A stretch of DNA of 14,680 nt, from contig JBHHYI010000103.1 in the NCBI GenBank assembly GCA_046757525.1, positions 1-14,680 of the forward strand, read 5' to 3'. Both the position numbers and the translations under genes were made by a program. The DNA is from a bacterium (GTDB lineage: Bacteria > Zhuqueibacterota > Zhuqueibacteria > Oceanimicrobiales > Oceanimicrobiaceae). Of the stretch, positions 8,788 to 14,680 are shown piece after piece (position 1 is the stretch's first letter; each line of letters opens with the position of its first letter). The notes under the pieces are model-generated. The model was not told where the DNA came from and searched no databases. It saw only the letters and a program-made list of their open reading frames with translations.

Positions 8788-9906
8788 ATGAAAATAGGAA
8801 TCGTTTGTTACCCTACCCATGGCGGCAGTGGCGTCATTGCCTCAGAGCTGGCGCTTGGTTTAGCCGAACGGGGCCATGAAATTCACATCGTGAGTTATGC
8901 CACGCCTTTTCGGCTGCGCACTTTCAGCCAGAATGTTTTTGTCCATGAAGTCGAGGTCGCCTCCTACCCGCTGTTCAAATATCCCCCCTATGCCCTGGGT
9001 TTGGCGACCAAGTTAGCCGAAGTCGCTGAAGAGTACCACCTCGACCTCATCCACGCTCACTATGCCGTTCCGCATGCGGCCAGCGCTTATCTGGCCAAGA
9101 AAATCATGCGCACCGAAAAGCTCAAAACCATTACCACCCTGCACGGTACGGATATTACCCTGGTGGGCGCAGACAAGTCATTTTATCGGGTCATCAAGTT
9201 TAACATTGAAGAATCGGACGGCGTTACGGCGGTTTCCAAATTCCTGCAAAGACGCACCATCGACGAGTTCGACATTGCCCGGGAAATCCGGGTCATTTAC
9301 AATTTTGTGGACACCTCCCGGTCCCAAGGACTGGACGCCTGCGCCAAGGAACGTTACGCACCTGGTGGCGAAAAAATCCTCATGCACGCCTCCAACTTCC
9401 GTCCGGTCAAGAGGGTTAGCGACGTCGTGCGAATTTTTGCCCGCGTGCGGGAAAAAGTGCCAACCAAACTGCTGCTCGCCGGTGAAGGGCCTGAGCGTTT
9501 ATTTGTGCAGCAGTTGGTCAAAGAATTAAAACTGTCCGAGGATGTGATGTTTCTTGGGGAACAAGATTTCATCGAAGAGTTGTTGCGCTGCGCCGACCTC
9601 TTCATATTGCCAACCGAACAAGAAAGCTTTGGTCTGGTGGCCCTGGAGGCCCACGCCTGCGGCGTTCCGGTGGTTGGGGCTGCTACCGGCGGACTGCCAG
9701 AGGTGGTCGCAGACGGCGAGACCGGTTTCCTGCTGCCCGTCGGTGAAATCGCCCGCATGGCTGACAAAGCCTGCCAACTTTTGAGCAACCAGGAGCTGTA
9801 CGAAGACTTTAGCCAACGCGCCCGGGAACGCGCCGTGCGCTGCTTTGACAAACATCTGATTATTCCAAAATACGAAGCGTTCTACGAGGAGATTTTGAAT
9901 CGGTAA
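8788..9906 (+). CDS. bshA: N-acetyl-alpha-D-glucosaminyl L-malate synthase BshA (GT4)
   Basis: MKIGIVCYPTHGGSG, HAHYAVPHA, TTLHGTD, SNFRPVKR and ESFGLVALEA. AAGGA SD before ATG 8788. Confidence 0.96.
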   Translation: MKIGIVCYPTHGGSGVIASELALGLAERGHEIHIVSYATPFRLRTFSQNVFVHEVEVASYPLFKYPPYALGLATKLAEVAEEYHLDLIHAHYAVPHAASAYLAKKIMRTEKLKTITTLHGTDITLVGADKSFYRVIKFNIEESDGVTAVSKFLQRRTIDEFDIAREIRVIYNFVDTSRSQGLDACAKERYAPGGEKILMHASNFRPVKRVSDVVRIFARVREKVPTKLLLAGEGPERLFVQQLVKELKLSEDVMFLGEQDFIEELLRCADLFILPTEQESFGLVALEAHACGVPVVGAATGGLPEVVADGETGFLLPVGEIARMADKACQLLSNQELYEDFSQRARERAVRCFDKHLIIPKYEAFYEEILNR

Positions 9907-9983
9907 CACTGATTGCATGAATTCACCTTGTTTGCTATCTGCAAAAAAAAATTGATAAGCAGAACTTAGCCACAGAGGAAATC

Positions 9984-10160
9984 ATGAATGCAATAAGGAA
10001 AATTGAGTACGTAAAATCAGGTTCAGTCACGATTGATCTACCAGCCGACTTTCAGGAGAAAAGAGTAGAAATAATCATTCTGCCAATTGAAGAGTCAGAA
10101 GACGGACGTCGGGGTCTCCCAGAATTACAACTGCAGAATTTCTTCCATTACCCAGTTTGA
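9984..10160 (+). CDS. Small hypothetical protein (58 aa), antitoxin-like, possibly 3'-truncated
   Basis: Below the ORF-track cutoff. GAGGA SD, then MNAIRKIEYVKSGSVTIDLPADFQEKRVEIIILPIEESEDG... The I-x-LP...VEIIILP pattern recalls small beta-barrel antitoxin-like proteins. Confidence 0.6.
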   Translation: MNAIRKIEYVKSGSVTIDLPADFQEKRVEIIILPIEESEDGRRGLPELQLQNFFHYPV

Positions 10161-10613
10161 GTTCTCAGTTGGTACCACCCCGCCAAACCGCGAATTTGCG
10201 GAAAAGTTATTGGCAATAAGCACTTTGAGCGAATTGTGGGTTTAAGACTCGATATAGAAAAGGCTAAACGCTAAACGCCTTTCAGGAGCACCTCCAACAG
10301 CATTGTTTGTCTCCCAGCCAATTCGTCAACCCTTGTTGTTCAAGGAACAGACCGTTTTTTTGTGAATTATTTTGCTGACACTAACTAACCGAAGCTTCTG
10401 CTCAGCAAACCGTTGGATTTCTAATTGTAGCAAAACGGCCCTGAAACAACTGAATATAGAGCAGTTGAACGCAAGAAGACTCAAATGAATAATCGCTTGC
10501 GAAAGTAGAAACTATTTTTTAACTTTTACGCCGACCCTGCTTCGCTGAAAAGCTATGGATTCCCTTAATTGGTTTCTTAAAATGCACACGGTTAACCCAT
10601 TGGGTTTAACACC

Positions 10614-11411
10614 TTGAACCAACGACCTGATAATATTTTCAACTTGCTTTTGGCGGGAACTTTTGAACGAAGCGAAGTCAGGACCACCTGGACTCCCGCC
10701 AAACGCACGCTGCCTCGTGAGCTGCAAAGGAAAATCGATGCGTTCTGGGAACTCGAGGTCACCCGCACCGCCAGGAAATCCTACTTGTTCAATGGCGGCT
10801 TAGGAAGGCTGGAGTGCTGGCAGGCGGAACAACACAGACTCCAGCTCGATTTGGGTTGGACCAGTTACAAGGAGCTGCTCTATTCCAATAGATTTGGCCG
10901 CGAGATCACTGCGCAATTTGGCGAGGCTTGTCTCTCCAGGGCTTTAGGAATCAGCGCGGTTTTGTTGAGCAGCGGCTGGCAAGTCATTCTCATACAAAGA
11001 AGCGAAGCCGTGGGCGAATTCCCCGGCAAGCTGGATGTCTTAGGTGGTCACATTGATCCGCAGGAGCATGCCGTTGCAGGCGTGCCCGATCCGTTTGTGG
11101 CCATACGGGCGGAAATCTCTGAGGAAGTCGGTCTCGATCTTGGGGTGAACGATTCCCTGGTCTGTTTGGGACTCATCGAAACCCGGGCGACCCAGAAACC
11201 GGAGCTGATCTTTGCTGCCAGAACTGGGCGAAGTGCTGAACAGATTTTGCAGCGGAGCCGGATTGACCCATGTTCGGAGTTGACCAGGGTCTTTGCTGTG
11301 GCCGGCAGTCCCGAGTCCCTTGCGGATTTTTTGCTACAAAACCAACAGCGCTTGAGCCCCTCGGCCTATGGTGCCCTGTGGCTTTTCAGGCAGTCTCTTG
11401 GAAGGACGTAA
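10614..11411 (+). CDS. Nudix hydrolase, NUDT22-like
   Basis: ALGISAVLLS...LIQRSEAVGEFPGKLDVLGGHIDP...EISEEVG...KPELIF, plus LFNG and TSYKE upstream. The TTG start has no clear SD, so the start is uncertain. Confidence 0.8.
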   Translation: MNQRPDNIFNLLLAGTFERSEVRTTWTPAKRTLPRELQRKIDAFWELEVTRTARKSYLFNGGLGRLECWQAEQHRLQLDLGWTSYKELLYSNRFGREITAQFGEACLSRALGISAVLLSSGWQVILIQRSEAVGEFPGKLDVLGGHIDPQEHAVAGVPDPFVAIRAEISEEVGLDLGVNDSLVCLGLIETRATQKPELIFAARTGRSAEQILQRSRIDPCSELTRVFAVAGSPESLADFLLQNQQRLSPSAYGALWLFRQSLGRT

Positions 11412-11441
11412 ACCGCTGGCAGGTTACATTCGTCTCGTAAA

Positions 11442-11606
11442 CCTTAAACCGGCGAAGCCGGAACCAAAGAGTTTTTAGACGGGATTAACAGGATTTTCAG
11501 GATGAGTCTTTTAAGCCGATTAATTTACAAAATCCTGTTGATCCTGTAAATCCCGTCAAAAAAATATTCTGCCCAAAAATGACAGAATTTGACTTGTCAA
11601 TTACTA
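11442..11606. repeat. Palindromic intergenic element
   Basis: Terminus CCTTAAACCGGCGAAGCCGGAACCAAA, then IR GACGGGATTAACAGGATTTTCAGGAT (11478-11503) / ATCCTGTTGATCCTGTAAATCCCGTC (11532-11557), 22/26 match with 9-nt periodicity. Confidence 0.8.
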
Positions 11607-11607
11607 A

Positions 11608-11674
11608 CGCGGCGCAACCGCAACCAAATTCGACTAAGTTCTGGTGACTTCGGCGCCAATATTTCTCAGTTCAC
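11608..11674 (+). repeat. Dispersed repeat module, copy 2
   Basis: 46/51 identity to 8215-8265 plus the shared downstream 17-mer. Ends 13 bp before the dacB start. Confidence 0.85.
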
Positions 11675-11687
11675 CTATTGAATCGCC

Positions 11688-13220
11688 ATGAAATGCCAAA
11701 CAGCGACCTTTAAATCGCAACCACTTTTGCACCTGTTCCTTTCTCTTTTGGTTCTAAGTAGCCTGTCTTGTTCAGCCTCCCCCAGGCTGAGAAAAGAGGG
11801 CGCCGCAACAAATCCCGTGGCCCGCCTGCGCGCCCAAATCCAGGAGGCGCTGCAGGATTCCGCGCTGGCTCAAACCAGAACCGGCATCAAAGTGGTCTCC
11901 CTCAAGAGCGGGGAAGTCTTGTTCGAACGAGACAGCCGTCTCTTGTTTCATCCTGCCTCCAACATGAAGCTCCTCACCACGGCCACCGCCCTGGAGAAGC
12001 TCGGCCCCAATTTCCGCTTCAAAACCTTGCTTTTGGCCGACAGCCTTGCTACCGGAGACAGTCTCATTGTGGGCAATCTCTACCTGAAGGGCTTCGGCAA
12101 TCCGGACCTGAGCACCAGCGATCTGCGCTGGATGGTGCAGAAGCTGTGGCAAACCGGCATCCGCAAGATCTCCGGGGATTTGGTCTGCGACGAATCGTAC
12201 TTCGACGATCTTTACTTAGGTTCCGGCTGGATGTGGGACGATGCCTCAGACGAGGATTTTTCCCCCATCAGCGGTTTGGCCGTCAATCACAATTGCGTGA
12301 CCGTGGTAGTCAGGCCGGGCACGGCCCCCGGCGACTCTCTGTCGGTGCAATTGCAGCCGCCAACCAGCTTCGTGAGGATCGAAAACCTGGGCGTGACCGT
12401 GGACTCCACCGACACCACCCGCCTCAAGGCCTTTCGCGTCGAACGCAAGTGGCAGCAGCACGAGAACACGGTGGTGGTGGACGGTGGGCTGACGCCGCAA
12501 AGTGAGCCAGAGGAATTCGTCATCGAAATCGAAAACCCGGCCCTTTACACGGGCACCTTGTTTGCCGAGCTTTTGGCGGCGCAAGGCATCCGGTTTGCCG
12601 GCCGCATCTCACCAGGCGTAGCCCCCGATTCTCTCAACGCCCTGGTGGAACATCGCTCACCCCCGCTTTCGGTTCTGATCCTCCACACCAACAAGGAAAG
12701 CGACAACCTGTATGCCGAGATGCTGCTCAAAACCCTGGGCGCCCAAGTCAGGGGCCTGCCTGGCACGGCCGAAAAAGGCATTGCGGTGATCAACGCCTTC
12801 CTCGATTCGGTGGGCATTGACACCACCACCTACGAGCTTGCCGACGGCTCGGGCGTCTCCCGTTACAACGTCGTTTCTCCCGAGCACATCATCGAGCTGC
12901 TGCGCGTCATGAACGCAGACTTTCGCGTGCAGGCCGAGTTCAAAGCTTCCCTGCCCATCGCCGGCGTCGATGGCACGCTCAAAGAGCGCATGCAAGACAC
13001 TGCTGCCGCCGGCAAGCTGCGGGCCAAGACCGGCTCGCTGCGCGGAGTCAGCACCCTCTCCGGCTACACCACCACAGCCGAGGGAGAACCGTTGGCCTTC
13101 TCCCTGATGATGGAGCATTTCGTGGGTTCCACCTCAAAAATCCGCCAAATTCAAGACCGGATCGGCGCGTTGCTTTCGTCGTTCCGGAGGGGGGTGTTGG
13201 CAGGGAAAAAAGAAAACTGA
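11688..13220 (+). CDS. dacB: D-alanyl-D-alanine carboxypeptidase/endopeptidase (PBP4, peptidase S13)
   Basis: SxxK (PASNMK), SxN (ESDN), DGSGVSRYN and KTG (AKTGSL). N-terminal signal or possible lipoprotein peptide. Confidence 0.95.
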   Translation: MKCQTATFKSQPLLHLFLSLLVLSSLSCSASPRLRKEGAATNPVARLRAQIQEALQDSALAQTRTGIKVVSLKSGEVLFERDSRLLFHPASNMKLLTTATALEKLGPNFRFKTLLLADSLATGDSLIVGNLYLKGFGNPDLSTSDLRWMVQKLWQTGIRKISGDLVCDESYFDDLYLGSGWMWDDASDEDFSPISGLAVNHNCVTVVVRPGTAPGDSLSVQLQPPTSFVRIENLGVTVDSTDTTRLKAFRVERKWQQHENTVVVDGGLTPQSEPEEFVIEIENPALYTGTLFAELLAAQGIRFAGRISPGVAPDSLNALVEHRSPPLSVLILHTNKESDNLYAEMLLKTLGAQVRGLPGTAEKGIAVINAFLDSVGIDTTTYELADGSGVSRYNVVSPEHIIELLRVMNADFRVQAEFKASLPIAGVDGTLKERMQDTAAAGKLRAKTGSLRGVSTLSGYTTTAEGEPLAFSLMMEHFVGSTSKIRQIQDRIGALLSSFRRGVLAGKKEN

Positions 13221-13221
13221 A

Positions 13222-13260
13222 CTGGCCGCGGCCAGGGCTTTTTGCGGGATGAAACCCGCA
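13222..13260 (+). terminator. Possible terminator/hairpins after dacB
   Basis: Palindrome CTGGCCGCGGCCAG (13222-13235) followed by GGCTTTTT. Second hairpin TGCGGG-ATGAAA-CCCGCA (13243-13260). Confidence 0.35.
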
Positions 13261-13415
13261 CGGGGACACGCCTGTCATGCAGGAAGCATCTTGTTACCGG
13301 CCAGCACGGTGCAGCCAGCCAACAGGATTCCTCCTCAATGACGCTGGAGGCTGTAATAAAGGACGTCACTGCCGGGCGTTCCCCCAAAAAGCTGCTTGTT
13401 TTCGCAATTATTATC

Positions 13416-13444
13416 TTGACAATCCACGAGCATTTTTGTACTAT
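13416..13444 (+). promoter_or_regulatory. Near-consensus sigma70 promoter facing the cassette array
   Basis: TTGACA (13416-13421), 17-nt spacer, TACTAT (13439-13444). Confidence 0.65.
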
Positions 13445-13932
13445 TTATTCAGGGCTTCTCAGCCATGGCTCGTGCGTCTCTGTGATCCCTGCGGACGTGC
13501 TTGAGCTCGAGTTCTTTTGTGACAAACGTCTCCCCTTGCTTGAAATTCAAACCCGTATCCGGGGCTTACTTGTTAGTCCAGGTACCAGGTTTATTTATTG
13601 TTTTTTGATAATACATTAAATATATTGGCGTTATACAAATAAAAATGAGTTACTCACTGGTTCCGTCTTGCGTCTGCAGCTTAACGGAATGCACAAGTCA
13701 TGTTACCCAGCTTCTGAATATCCTTACAGATTGCATGATTTACAGAACTGTACAATCACTGGTTAGAGCGAGTGATACGATAATAAGTGCATAAAAAAAG
13801 TTTGTAGGTTGGAACGATTCTTATGACAAACATGAGTTCCCTTAACAAAGTCCATATTCTCTTTGGTTTGGGCCGATGATTTTAATATTTTCATATCCTG
13901 TCGTCATTTAAAGGGTACCCTCAGACGCCAAG

Positions 13933-14575
13933 TTAGAGATCAATATCTAAATTGATGGACAGAGGCTTGAAGGATGGAAAACTCAGAACTTAACTCCAAA
14001 ATAAAATATTTTAAGGAAAATCTTAATCAGAGAATCGAATCATTCAAAGAATTCAGACAGAGAATGAAACAAAGAGCATTTGTGCTCAAAATGCTCGCAA
14101 GTTTATTTGCCGTCACCACAACGATCCTTCTGGGGCTTCAAGGTGTTGCAGGATCAGCGCTACTTGTCGTTAAGAATTTGGCGTTGATCTGCAGTGCGTT
14201 TGTTACGTTGTTTACGGTATGGGACGGCTTCTTTAACTACCGAGCACGTTGGATTGTGTATAGCGACATAACATCTCAATTGAACAATATCAAATATGAG
14301 CTTGAATATGTTACATCGGGTAATAATCTTGATGAAAAACGGATTGACGAATTACATACAAAGTTTTTGAGCGTCCTTAACGAGTCAACTGAGCAGATGT
14401 TAAGAATCAAGAGTGAAAGCTCACAAAACAAATTTCTTAAAATCAATAAATAGGCTCTAACATCGAATTCAGCGGACGAAGGGCTCATTTTCAATGGCTG
14501 CTTCAGTGTCCTCTCAAAGGTTATTCTAAAACCGCAGCTAAAGTGCCCTGTCATCCTTCGCCGCTGATGCCCGTG
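13933..14575 (+). mobile_element. Integron gene cassette 1
   Basis: Left core G/TTAGAG (13932-13938), a single AT-rich ORF, then attC. R'' CTCTAAC is the exact reverse complement of GTTAGAG. Confidence 0.85.
13974..14453 (+). CDS. SLATT/DUF4231-family two-TM protein
   Basis: N-terminal helix, two hydrophobic segments (LASLFAVTTTILLGL and LALICSAFVTLFTVW), FFNYRARWIVY...L..IKYE and a C-terminal helix, which is the DUF4231/SLATT layout. Confidence 0.8.
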   Translation: MENSELNSKIKYFKENLNQRIESFKEFRQRMKQRAFVLKMLASLFAVTTTILLGLQGVAGSALLVVKNLALICSAFVTLFTVWDGFFNYRARWIVYSDITSQLNNIKYELEYVTSGNNLDEKRIDELHTKFLSVLNESTEQMLRIKSESSQNKFLKINK

Positions 14576-14581
14576 TTGGCT
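14455..14581 (+). other. attC recombination site (127 bp)
   Basis: R'' CTCTAAC begins 1 nt after the stop. L'' arm ATTCAGCGGACGAAGG pairs with CCTTCGCCGCTGAT leaving two unpaired bases. R' GTTGGCT at 14575-14581. Confidence 0.88.
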
Positions 14582-14628
14582 GTGGCAAAAAGCAGCCACA
14601 GCGAATCGGACGATTAGACGATAAGAAT

Positions 14629-14680
14629 ATGAGCCTGACCTATGAAGCCAGATTCTACCACGCGAGTAGCCCGACCGACT
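14629..14680 (+). CDS. Possible start of the cassette 2 ORF (truncated by the window)
   Basis: ATG ~50 bp after attC, open to the edge (MSLTYEARFYHASSPTD). Weak SD. Confidence 0.4.
   Translation, partial: MSLTYEARFYHASSPTD

Noticed and set aside
11768..13118. Overlapping ORFs within dacB
   Set aside because: Alternate-frame artefacts of high GC3 coding sequence.
13316..13385. CAGCCAAC as R'' of an upstream attC (it complements GTTGGCTG at 14575)
   Set aside because: No L''/L' pairing or suitable R' follows. An 8-mer match can be chance.
13242..13931. Integron integrase or other CDS between dacB and the cassette
   Set aside because: ORF-track products and the minus-strand frames I read show no tyrosine recombinase motifs or protein-like composition.

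Overview
A bacterial chromosomal window, probably from an FCB-related lineage such as KSB1, Calditrichota or Ignavibacteria (inferred from the T9SS/FlgD-Ig C-terminal domain and gene content). Left part: partial lipoprotein, stand-alone XdhC N-terminal domain, a membrane protein, a secreted 14-blade Asp-box beta-propeller and a DUF433 antitoxin relic. Centre: a bacillithiol cluster (bshC, bshB1, bshA) with a SAM methyltransferase translationally coupled to bshC (candidate N-methyl-bacillithiol methyltransferase) and an inserted aspartic protease. Then a NUDT22-like Nudix hydrolase and dacB. Right end: an integron-type gene cassette (SLATT/DUF4231 gene plus a 127-bp attC whose R'' is the exact complement of the cassette's left core site) and the start of a second cassette, with no integrase visible. 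Intergenic spacers are packed with palindromic non-autonomous elements. One is a 4-5-layer nested stack between bshB1 and bshA with readable target duplications, and several share a GNA-triloop hairpin terminus.
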